From assembly GCA_963750165.1 (NCBI GenBank), contig CAVVPN010000011.1, forward strand, positions 1,600,001-1,664,000: a DNA stretch of 64,000 nt, in the 5' to 3' direction. The position numbers and the translations under genes are program-made. Of the stretch, positions 12,301-22,300 are shown in pieces. The number at the start of each line of letters is the position of its first letter. The stretch's first letter is position 1. A model generated the notes under the pieces. It ran no database searches. It had not been told where the DNA came from and saw only the letters and a list, made by a program, of their open reading frames with translations. This DNA is from an uncultured Gemmataceae bacterium (GTDB lineage: Bacteria; Planctomycetota; Planctomycetia; Gemmatales; Gemmataceae).

Positions 12301-15300
12301 AATGGGCGTGCTTCGTGCCGCTGGCCGCGAACGCCGGTCAGCAAGAAGCGCTGCTGGTGCCGGCCCGCGCTGCCGACCACCTGTTGCTTTGGTCCGGTCT
12401 GCGGCTGCTGCTGACCGCGGCGGACGGGGCGGCCGTTCGCGTGGAACCGCTGCCTTCGCTGGGACTGCGCGGCGCCGACCTGGCGCGGGTGGCGCTCCGC
12501 GACGCCACCGCCGTGGAAGCCGCGACCGTCGTGGCCCCGAATCGGATCGAGTTGCTGTTCGCCGCCGTCAGCAGCGCGGACCTGATCGCCATTGCGGCCG
12601 GCATGGCGGACGTGCTTTGCGAGCGCTCGATCGCGCACGCCACCAGTCGCGTGCAGTTCCCCGGCCTGTTCCACGACGAGGACGCCCGCGACGCCATCGG
12701 CAAGTTCGGCGCGGTCAAGAAGATGATCGCGGACATGACGGCCGGGCGCTACGTGCTGGAGACGTTCTGTCGCGCCCCGCCCCCGACGCGAATCAGGAGG
12801 TGGAGGCGGCGGCGCGGTGGGACTTGCTCAAGGCGGTGGCCGCGGAGGTGCTGGGCACGGCGCCCGGCAGCGTCAGCTACAACGCCGGCCAGGTCTTCGG
12901 CGGCACCGGCTATTCCGAGGACGACATCCTGAGCAAGTATTACCGCGACGCCGCGGCCTGGCGCTTCCTGGGCAGCGACAACGGGACCGTCTGGCGTGAG
13001 CACGGCCGTTTCCTGCTCGAAACCTGGGCGCATGTCGGACAGCCCCTGAGCCAGCTGGAGGACGAGGCCCGCCTGTTCGAGGCGGTCGCCCAGCGACAGA
13101 CGCTGCAGGCGGAACTGGACGCGCTGCACCTCGGCACCGCGCGCGTCCGCGACCTCGTTACCACGTGGCTCGGGGCCGCGGCGCGGCCGGACGACGCCGA
13201 CACCGCGGAGTTCCGCACCGCCCTCGGTCGTGCAGACGCTCTGTTGCTGTCCGCGAAAATGCTGCTGGTGCGGACGCACGCACGCCTGGAGCGCGGCGGC
13301 GACAACGCGGCGGCGGTCGCCCTGCTGCGCGTCTGGGTGGAGAAGGTGACCGCGGCGCTCGATGACTTCGAGGCGACGGTGCGCCGCCACCTCGACCGCC
13401 GCGGCTTCGACCTGCGGCAACCGCTGCCCGTCAACGGCGCCGCCGTCGTCGCGCACTACGACCAACTGCTGCAGCAGCCCAACCCCTACGACTCCGGCGA
13501 CTTCCTCACGAAGCCCGTCAACCTGCACGCGCCGCGCTTCGTGCCGGACCTGATCGCGACCGACCCCGTTCTAACGCAATGGCACGAGGAACTGCGGACG
13601 CTGTTTCAGCGGCAGTTCGGCCAGCCGCGCGACGGGATGATCTATGAGCGCTACCTGGAGGAGCGGCACCGGCCGGACGCGGACGACCTGGAATTTCTGC
13701 GGCGGCACGGCTTCTTCCGTATGCCGATTCCGCGCGCTCTCGGCGGCGAGGGCCGCGGCAAGGCCGACTACTACCTGCTGACGACGACCGCGCACCGCCT
13801 CGCCGACGGGGCCATTTCGCTGACGATCCAGGTCAACAGCAGCCTCGGCACCACGCCCGTGCTGCTGCCGCGCGACAAGGACTTGCCGAAAGCGCAGCAG
13901 GATGTGGCCGCGTTTGCCGCCGACGCCGCGCTGCAGAGCGACGTGCGACTCGGTCTGGAACAGCTGGCCCGGCAGGCGGAGGCCGGCCCATCGCCGCTGC
14001 TGGCGCCGGCCGTGCAGGCGCTGCAAAAACGGCTGGACGAGGGCGGCACCAACAAGCCGGCCCTGCGTGTGCTCTGCCACCGCTTCACTGCATCGTGGCA
14101 GGAGGCCGGCCGCGCTCTCAAGGCGCTCGACGGCCCCACCCTGACGGCCCGGTTGCGCAAAGCGCTGGACGGCTGGCGGCAGGCGTGCGAGCGGGCCGCG
14201 GCGTATCAGCAGGAACTCGGCCTGCGCCTGGAGGCGGCGGACCTGTTCCTGCGCTGGGTCGCCAGCGGCCAGATTTCCGCGTTCGCGCTGACGGAGCCGA
14301 CCGCCGGCTCTGATACCGCCCGCGTCGCCACACGCGCCCGGCCGCGCTCCGTGCCGCTGGAACGCGACTCCGAAGGCGTCTACCGCTTCATGCCCGCCAG
14401 CGGTAAGGAATCGCGTATCCTGCTGGACGCCCGCCGCCTCGACTTCCGCACCGGCGCCGACGGGGAGTACCGCGCCCACTATCGCTGGTCCGACGCCGCC
14501 GAGCCGGCACTCATTCACTTTGACGAATATGATTATGAGACCGACGATCCGCACAAACTCCGCTATTTCGAGCGCAACGGCGAGCGCGTCTACTTCCACG
14601 ACATCGCCATCCTGCGCGACCGCGGCGGCCGGCTGTGGTACGACTACTGGGAGCTGACCGGCGCCAAGATGTGGATCACCAACGGCCGCGTCTGCGGCAT
14701 CATGTGCCTGTACGCCAAGACCGACGACGGCGTGACCGGCTTCATCGTGGACCGTCACGCCGAGGGCCTGGTCGTCGGCAAGGACGAGGCCAAGATGGGC
14801 CAGTTCGGTTCGCCGACCAATGAACTGGCGCTGATGGCAGTGCGCGTGCCGCTGGAGAACGTCATCGGTCTGGAGGGCCGCGGTCAGGTCAACGCCCTGG
14901 AGACGCTGAACGTCGGCCGCACCGGCATCGCCATGTCCGCGATGTCGCAGATGAGCCGGCTGCTGGAGTTTTGCAGGGATTTCCTGGACGAGCGCGGCCG
15001 TGAGGTGCCGGACTGGGCGGCGTGGCGGCTGCAGGAAATGGAGGAGGCACGCTTCATCGCCGAGGCGGTGTCGTGGGGCCTGGTCGGCCGGCTGGAGCAC
15101 AAGCAGACGAAGTCCGTGCGTGTCGAGTCGGCTGCGGCGAAGATGCTGGTGAGCGAGCTGTACCACAAGGCGATCGAGACGGCTGAGGAGATTTTCGGCC
15201 TGGCGGGCCAGACACAGGAGCACCTGATTGAGAAGCGCAAGCGCGACGCCCGCATCCTCAATATTTACGAGGGCACCAACGAGATTCAGCGCTTCCTGAT

Positions 15301-17683
15301 CCTGCGCGACCTCGTGGGCGACCTGGTGGCGCGCTGGCAGGGCGTCGCTCCGACGGCAACGCTGACGCCGGGCGAGCAGGCGCTGGAAACGCTCAAGGCG
15401 GAAGTGCGACAGCGCGTCGAGGCGGCCCTGGCGCTCTTCGGACAGCAGCTGTGGCAGAATCCAAACCTGCAGGCGAGCTGTTTCCTACTCTCCGAGGCAG
15501 TGGCGTGGGTCGCCGCCCAGGACGCCACGCTGGCGCGCGTGACCTGGCTCAGCGGCCGCGCCGCCCAGGACGCCATGCTGCTGCCAGGTATCGAAACGGG
15601 CCGGCGGGCGCTGACGCGCTGTGCCCTGGAAGCCCGCAATCGCCTGCGCCGCTTCGACGGCCGACTGGCGCTGCTGCGCCGCGGCATCTACGACCCGGCC
15701 GTCCGCGCCGCTAGTGTGCTCTTCCAGGACGCGGCCGAACCCAAGGCGGCGATCGCGCCCGTGGGGAGCATGATTGACAGACCGCTGTCACTGCTGGTCG
15801 TACTGGACGCGCCGGAGGCCGGGGCACCACAGCCGCACGTCGCCGACGGCCAGTTGCTCGAAGCGTACCGCGTGTTCACCGAGGCGGATCGGGCGGCGCT
15901 GGAGACGGCTCTGCGATTGCGCGACCGGACGGACGTGGCGGTATCTATCCAGGCCGCCACGGTGGCGCCGCGGGCCGCCGGGTTGCTGTTGCGTGAGGTG
16001 CTGAGCCTGGGCGTGGAGCGCGTCCTGCTGGTCGAGGCACCCGGGCCAGTGCCGCCGGACCAGGCCGCAGTGGCGCTGGCGGCGGTGCTGCGTGGGGGGC
16101 CGGCGTTTGACCTGATCCTGAGCGGCAACGGCGGCCAGGGTGACGAGGGCTTGCTCGGCCGACTCACCGCGGAGGCGCTGGGCGTGCCCTGCTGTGGTGG
16201 CGTCGCCCAGGTGGCGGTGCAGGCGGACGCGCAACAGGCAGTCGCACTGCTCGTCAGCGCCGACGGTCGCCAGCGCCGCCAGCGCACTTGCCGGCTGCCG
16301 TCGCGGTCGAGTCGGGGACGCCGCTACGGCCGTTCACAGCGGCCCAGTTTCAGAGCAACCTGGAACGCGGCGTCGAGGCGCGCCCGTGGCCGGCGGCAGT
16401 CCCGGCGACGCCAGTCGTCTTCGAGCCGGAGGAACGCCAGACGGCCGCCGCTGCGGAGCAGCCAGCCCAGCTGCTGCCGCACGAGGCCGGCCATTTCCTG
16501 CTGCAAGCGCTCGGCGTGCGCACCGCCAGTGCGCACGCCAACGGCAGCGCCGCCCCGGCCGCGGTGACCGTGCGCGACGTGGACCGGCCGGCGTTCACCG
16601 GCGACGCGGCCGGCGTGGTGGCGGTGCTGGCGACGGATGCCGCGGGCAACCTGCGACCGAGCGCGGCGCGGACGCTGGAGGCAGCGCATTTCGTCGGCGG
16701 TTTCGTGCCGGCTGACGCTCGCCGAACCGCCCTGCTGCTGGCTGGCGGCGACGCGGCGGCACAACAACGGGCGCTGGCGGAGTTGGCGAAACAATGGCCG
16801 TATGACCTGTGCCTGGTGCCGGCCGCGGAGGCGGGGGCTTCCGACGAGGTGCTGGCCCGGCTGCTGGCGGACGCGTGGGCCGGCCTGGGTGCCCGCCCCG
16901 CCGCGGTGGTCGGCGAGCCGTGGGCGGAGGCGGCGCTAGCCCGGCTGGCGGCCCCGGCCGGCGACAACGCCGCGCTGCGCGTCCGCGCCCTGGGCCGTCA
17001 CGAAGGCCAGTTAGTGGCCGAGACGAGCCGGCAGCGGGGCAAGTACCGCGCCCGCCGGACGCTGACGCCCACCGCCGGCCATACATGCTGGATCGGTCTG
17101 GCGGCCGAGGCGGACGTGGGCGCGGCCAGCCCCCCGGCGGCACCGGCGGCGCGGCGCGTCGAGCGCCGGGCGCCGCAGCCTGGTGCGCACTTTCTTCGGC
17201 AAGGCGGACGTGCGGCGGCTGCTGGAGGAGCTGAAGCAGGACACCGGCCTGGCGCGGCTGACGGACGCGGAGTTCATCATCGACGTGGGCTTCGGCGTCG
17301 GCAACCGCGACGGCTATGAAGAAGTGATCGAGCCGCTGGAGCGGGCACTGCGGCGGCTGGGCGTGCGCGGCCTGGTGGTCGGCGGCTCGCGCAAGGTGAC
17401 GGAGGAACTGCATCTGTTACCGCTGGACCGGCAGATCGGCCAGTCCGGCGTCAGCGTCAATCCGGGCGTGCTGCTGGCGGTCGGCGTCAGCGGGGCGCCG
17501 CAGCACCTCAACTACATCGGGCCGCGGGCAACGGTGATCGCCTTCAACCGCGACCCGGACGCGCCGTTGATGACGCTCAACCAGCGCCAGCCGCGGCCGC
17601 GCGTCTATCCGGTGCTCGGCGACCTGTTCGAGACGGTGCCGGCGTTTGTCGCGGCGCTGGAGGATGAAGGGGTGAGAGGATGA
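9339..17683 (+). CDS. Giant fusion: FixC-like FAD oxidoreductase + FixX-like ferredoxin + two acyl-CoA dehydrogenase modules + ETF beta + ETF alpha; three frameshifts (~12780, ~16285, ~17190)
   Basis: DVVVVGAGAAG; VCPAHVYE..NFENCIKCETC; SRVQF..AVKKMIADM; GQVFGGTGY; AFALTEPTAGSD; GAKMWITNG; IYEGTNEIQR; DRAALETALRLR; DAEFIIDVGFG..QIGQSG..VGVSGAPQH. Pieces are ORFs 9339-12932, 12302-16567, 16288-17319 and 17183-17683. Confidence 0.8.
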
Positions 17684-17725
17684 GGGGGTGACAGCAGTTG
17701 TCTCGTCACCCCCTCACCCCCTCAC
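17665..17725. repeat. GGGGTGA/TCACCCC inverted repeat, likely terminator
   Basis: tgagggggtgac...gtcaccccctcaccccctcacc; same family as 7549-7621. Confidence 0.6.
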
Positions 17726-17837
17726 CGTCCCGCCGCCCAACTCCTAAAACGAACCTCGTGGCAGAAACCCCCGGCCACGGTTAGCCTGAATGGGCTGGCT
17801 CGTCGTACTGGGTCCGGGGCCGCGGATACCGTAGCAA

Positions 17838-18931
17838 ATGAATGTGAGGACTCTGATGCCGCACCGTGTTTCGTGGATCTGCACCAGCCTGGCCGGCTTG
17901 CTGACGGCCGTGGTGGTGCTGGGAACGCTGCCGTTCGCCGCGGCCCAGCCCGACAAACCCAAGACGCCCCTGTGGACGCACGCCTTCAACCTGAAGTGCC
18001 GCAACAGCAAGGAGACCGGCGGCTTCTCTGACAAGACGCGCGTCTACGGCATGGAGGTCTTCAAGGACGAGAACACGAACCTGGGTATTTACCTGCTGGA
18101 GACCGGCTCGCTCGGCGTCACCTCTGGCGGCTTCGGCGACATCAAGGTGGCTATCAAGGACAGCAAGGCGCTGACCTGGATGCACGCCATGGACGTCAAG
18201 GTACGCAAGACCGGTGAGGACAAGTTCACCGAAAACACGCAGGTGCTGACCATCGAGGTCTACAGGGACGACAACACCGGCAACTGGGTGTACATCTCCG
18301 AGAAGGGCTACATCGCCATCGTGCCAGGCGCCTCGAAGACCGGCACCGCGCCGACGCCGGGGCGCGCGGCCCGGTGTGGATGCACGGCCTCGATCTCAAG
18401 TGTCGCAAGGGCGGCGTCAAGACCTGGGACAACGACACCAAGAACTGGAGCATGGAAATCTTCCGGGACGAGAACACCGGCTTCCTGATCTACATCGTCG
18501 AGAACGGCGCCCTCTCCGTGGTGCCTGGCTTCGACACCGCGCCGTCGCCGACGCCCAAGAGCCAGGCTCCGCAGTGGATGCACGGCCTCGATCTCAAGTG
18601 CCGCAAGGGCGGCGTCAAGAACTTTGAGAAGACGACGCAGGTCTTCGGCCTGGAGCTGTTCCGCGACGCCAACAACGCCAACTACATTTACCTCTCGGAG
18701 GTTGGCTCCATTGCGGTGGTGCGCGGCGACAAGGATGTCAAGGCGCCGACAGCCAAGCCGGCCGAGCCCGAGTGGAAGCACGGCCTGGACCTGAAGTGCC
18801 GCAAGTTCGACGAACCGGCCTTCTCCGAACGCACGCACATCTACGGCGTCGAGGTGTTCAGCGACCCGAACACGCGCGCGCTCCTGTACATCGACGACCT
18901 GGGCTACATCGCGGCCGTCGCGGCGAAGTGA
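17838..18931 (+). CDS. Exported protein with five ~65-aa tandem repeats; frameshift near 18365
   Basis: Signal peptide; repeat W.H.(L)DLKCRK....F...T..(Y)G.E.F.D.NT...IY..E.G spans ORFs 17838-18488 and 18374-18931. Confidence 0.8.
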
Positions 18932-18937
18932 AGAAGA

Positions 18938-19008
18938 TGACCAGGGGACCGGTTGACTCGGTGAACGACCCAGCGCTCTTTCACCAGGTCAACCGGTCAT
19001 CTGGTCAA
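18938..19008. terminator. Long imperfect hairpin downstream of the repeat-protein gene
   Basis: tgaccaggggaccggttgac...gtcaaccggtcatctggtca. Confidence 0.5.
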
Positions 19009-19167
19009 GGTGTGCCTCCCGAGACCTCCCCTTCTCAAGTCGCGGTCCATTTGTTACCTTGACACCAACGTAACCGAGGGCGCGGCCCTCCGCGGGAGGT
19101 CTGCCGTGGCGTCGATTCACGGTCATCGACCGCCTGAATAACCAGAACACAGGAGTGAGAACGAACC

Positions 19168-19737
19168 GTGGCCTCGATCAACTACAGCCAGGTCCGCAAA
19201 GGCATGGTCATCCTCGAAGCGGATGGCCAGCTGTACTACGTGATTGACCGTGAACTGAAGACGCCGGGCAACCTGCCGTCCAAGCTCACGCTCACCACCA
19301 AGAACCTGAAAACCGGCTTCGTCAACAAGGGACGCGTCCACCCCGAAGACAAGGTGGAGCAGGCCTACCTCGACACCCGGGCCATGCAGTATCTCTACCA
19401 GGACGGCGACGGCTACGTCTTCATGGACAAGGAGTCCTACGACCAGATCACGCTCGGCAAGGAGTGGGTCGGCGACATGATCCTCTACCTCAAGGAAAAC
19501 GACGACGCCAAGGTGACCTTCCACGACGGCAAACCGATCAGCCTGGAGTTGCCGGCCACCGTTGAGTTGAAGGTCACCGAGACCGACCCGGCCCTCAAGG
19601 GCGCCACCGCCGCGGCCCAGTACAAACCGGCGACGCTGGAAACCGGCCTCAAAATCACCGTGCCGCCGTTCATCGCCACCGGCGAGGTGGTGCAGGTCGA
19701 TACGCGCACCGGCGAGTACCTCAGCCGCGTCAAGTGA
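19168..19737 (+). CDS. efp: Elongation factor P
   Basis: KTPGN loop, YLYQDGD.YVFMD.ESYDQ, KPATLETG..ITVPPFI..GE...VDTRTGEYLSR. Confidence 0.95.
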   Translation: MASINYSQVRKGMVILEADGQLYYVIDRELKTPGNLPSKLTLTTKNLKTGFVNKGRVHPEDKVEQAYLDTRAMQYLYQDGDGYVFMDKESYDQITLGKEWVGDMILYLKENDDAKVTFHDGKPISLELPATVELKVTETDPALKGATAAAQYKPATLETGLKITVPPFIATGEVVQVDTRTGEYLSRVK

Positions 19738-19800
19738 GCGGCCGACCGTCTTCCCGCGAGCACACCTCAAGACCCGACCCGCAGGTTGCGCTGTCTTCGC

Positions 19801-19857
19801 GTAGGACAGGCGGCCCGCCTGTCCATTTCCGAAGGACAGGCGAGCCCCCTGTCCTAC
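19801..19857. repeat. GTAG-footed REP-like doublet
   Basis: GTAGgacaggcggcccgcctgtcc...ggacaggcgagccccctgtcCTAC. Confidence 0.7.
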
Positions 19858-19881
19858 GACCCAGGAAACCCAGGGGGTGCC

Positions 19882-20142
19882 ATGCCCTACCGCGACGACG
19901 ACCACGCCGACCTGGACGAGCGCGAATTCCCCGAGCCGGACGACGAGGAAGAGCAGGACGTGGCCTCGCTGGTGGAGTGCCCGTACTGCCGCAAGTTCGT
20001 CCACGAGGAAGCGCCGCGCTGTCACCACTGCGGCAACTATCCCTCGGCGGAAGACGCCCCATCGCGCAAGCCGTGGTGGCTGATCCTCGGCGTGCTGGTC
20101 TGCCTGCTCCTGATCCTGCTCGGCATCCGCTGGGGGTGGTGA
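19882..20142 (+). CDS. Small zinc-ribbon membrane protein
   Basis: Acidic N-terminus, CPYC..CHHC, C-terminal TM helix. Confidence 0.75.
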   Translation: MPYRDDDHADLDEREFPEPDDEEEQDVASLVECPYCRKFVHEEAPRCHHCGNYPSAEDAPSRKPWWLILGVLVCLLLILLGIRWGW

Positions 20143-20145
20143 GTC

Positions 20146-20961
20146 GTGAACGTGCCGCTGGTGACGCTGACGACCGACTTCGGCCGCGACTCCGCCTACG
20201 TCGCGGCGCTGAAGGGGGTGCTGCTCTCGGTCAATCCGCAGGCCCGGTTGCTCGACCTCACCCACGACATCGGCCCCCAGGACCTGCAACACGCCAGCTT
20301 CTTCCTGCGCGGCTGCGTCCTATACTTTCCGCCGGGCACGCTGCACGTCGTCGTCGTGGATCCCGGCGTCGGCACCGACCGGGTCATCCTCTACGTTGAA
20401 ACGCGCGGTCAGCGGCTGCTGGTGCCGGACAACGGCTGCTGGACCGCCCTGGTGGACCCGGCGCAACCGCTCACGGTGTTGCGCGTGACCGAGCCGCGCT
20501 ACTGGCGGCAACCGGTCAGCGCCACCTTCCACGGCCGTGACATCTTCGCGCCAGTCGCGGGCCACCTGACGCTCGGCCTCGACCCGCGGCAGCTGGGTCC
20601 GCGTGCCCACGACTGGGCCAGGCTGCCGACGGCGGTGCCGGTGCGAACCGAGCATGGCATCGTCGGCGAGGTGGTGTTCATCGACCGCTTCGGCAACCTC
20701 ATCACCAACATCCCCGAGGCGTGGCTGCCGCGCGGGTCGGATCGTGACTTCCAGGTTAGTGTGGACGGCCAGGCGGTCACGAACCGCGTTCGCACCTACG
20801 GCGAGGCGCCGGCCGGCACCCTGGTGGCGCTGATCTCCAGCGTGGACACCCTGGAGGTGGCGGTCACGCAGGGCAGCGCTGCCGAGCGGTTGAAGGCCAG
20901 GGTCGGCAGCGCCGTGCAGGTGCAAACGGTCGTGACTGCGGCGGTGCCGGCGCAGCCGTGA
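20146..20961 (+). CDS. SAM-dependent chlorinase/fluorinase / SAM hydrolase (DUF62) family
   Basis: TLTTDFG, VVDPGVGT.R, PDNG, TFHGRDIFAP, IDRFGNLITN. Confidence 0.9.
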   Translation: MNVPLVTLTTDFGRDSAYVAALKGVLLSVNPQARLLDLTHDIGPQDLQHASFFLRGCVLYFPPGTLHVVVVDPGVGTDRVILYVETRGQRLLVPDNGCWTALVDPAQPLTVLRVTEPRYWRQPVSATFHGRDIFAPVAGHLTLGLDPRQLGPRAHDWARLPTAVPVRTEHGIVGEVVFIDRFGNLITNIPEAWLPRGSDRDFQVSVDGQAVTNRVRTYGEAPAGTLVALISSVDTLEVAVTQGSAAERLKARVGSAVQVQTVVTAAVPAQP

Positions 20962-21036
20962 TTGGACGGCGCCGGGGGGACGCTTTACAATGGGCTGCAA
21001 AGTCCGCCCCGCAACCCACCCGGAGTACGCCGGCCG

Positions 21037-22227
21037 ATGGCAACGGTGAATTTCCTGTGCGCCTTCTGCAACCAGATGATCGCGGTCGGCCGTGACCACC
21101 TCGGCCAACACGTCGAGTGCCCCCACTGCCAGCAGGTCATCCAGGTGCCAGCCGATGCGCCGCCGGCCGACGACATCCCCGCCGCGGCCGTCCTTTCCCC
21201 ACCGGCCGTTGAAGAGAAGGAAGACCTTGCTCACGAGAGCCTCGCGGATCACGGCGACGACATTTTCGGATCCCCGACCGTGGTGATACCGCCAGTCCCC
21301 GAACTGACTTCCCAGGGACCGCCTCCCGATCCAGTGCCGCCGTTGTCCCTGGAACTGCCGCCCCACATTCACGAGCCGGCCCCCGCGCCGCTGGACTTCG
21401 CCGCCGACAGGACCAGCGAGGCCGCGTCGCACGCCACGGATGCCGCCGTGATGGCCGCCCACTCTCTGGACACCACCACCGCTCCGACGGACGCCATGTC
21501 CGAGTTGCCCCGGCCGACCGTCCGCGCGCCGGCCGCACGAGGCGGCTCCCTGGGGGCGTTGCTGCTGATCTTCCTGATCCCGTACGCCGTGGTGAGCAGC
21601 GGCACCATTGTCTACCTGATTTATCTGGTGAACCAGGAACGGAACCGTCCCGCGCCGTTCGACCCGCTGGAGCTGCTGCGGGATCCGGAAAAGGCCGGTC
21701 CGAAGCAGCGCGTCGCCCATGACGAACCGCTGCCGTACAAGCTCACGACGCAGCTGAACAAGGCGCTGACCGTCGGCGAGGTGGAAGTGAAACCGCTGGC
21801 GATCCGGCACAAGGAAGGCCGGCTGCTACTCACGCTCCAACTCCGCAACACTTCCACCGCGAGCGCGTTCAACCCGCTGTCCCCTGTCTTCGTCGAGTTC
21901 GGCGGCCCCGGGAGCAAAAAGCCGTACACCTTTTTGCAGGTCGGTGACGACATCGCCTACGGCGGCACGCTCAGCCTCGAAAAGGAGCCGCCGCGGCCCG
22001 CCGGCAAGCTGTTCGACGGCGTGCTCAAGCCGGGCGAAAGCTGTGTCCTGGTGCTGGAGACGCTGGAGCCGTTCAGGAAGGTCGTGGACCGGGCCGTGCG
22101 CTACCCGGAACCGATGTTGTGGCGCGTGCAGGTGCGGCGCGGGTTTGTTGAGGTGAACAGCCAGGAGGTGCCGGCGACCGCGGTCGTCGGCGTCGAGTTC
22201 AGGAAGAAAGACATCGAGGAGGAGTAG
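21037..22227 (+). CDS. Hypothetical membrane-anchored protein with N-terminal zinc ribbon
   Basis: CAFC..CPHC, Pro-rich linker, TM helix, beta-rich C-terminal domain. Confidence 0.75.
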   Translation: MATVNFLCAFCNQMIAVGRDHLGQHVECPHCQQVIQVPADAPPADDIPAAAVLSPPAVEEKEDLAHESLADHGDDIFGSPTVVIPPVPELTSQGPPPDPVPPLSLELPPHIHEPAPAPLDFAADRTSEAASHATDAAVMAAHSLDTTTAPTDAMSELPRPTVRAPAARGGSLGALLLIFLIPYAVVSSGTIVYLIYLVNQERNRPAPFDPLELLRDPEKAGPKQRVAHDEPLPYKLTTQLNKALTVGEVEVKPLAIRHKEGRLLLTLQLRNTSTASAFNPLSPVFVEFGGPGSKKPYTFLQVGDDIAYGGTLSLEKEPPRPAGKLFDGVLKPGESCVLVLETLEPFRKVVDRAVRYPEPMLWRVQVRRGFVEVNSQEVPATAVVGVEFRKKDIEEE

Positions 22228-22233
22228 GATTCG

Positions 22234-22297
22234 GGTCGGAGCCCGAGCCGCCAGCGCGGGGTAGACTCTGCCCCGCGCTGGCGCTCGGGCTCCGACC
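22234..22297. terminator. Long hairpin between convergent genes
   Basis: ggtcggagcccgagc..ccagcgcgggg..ccccgcgctgg..gctcgggctccgacc. Confidence 0.65.
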
Positions 22298-22300
22298 GGG

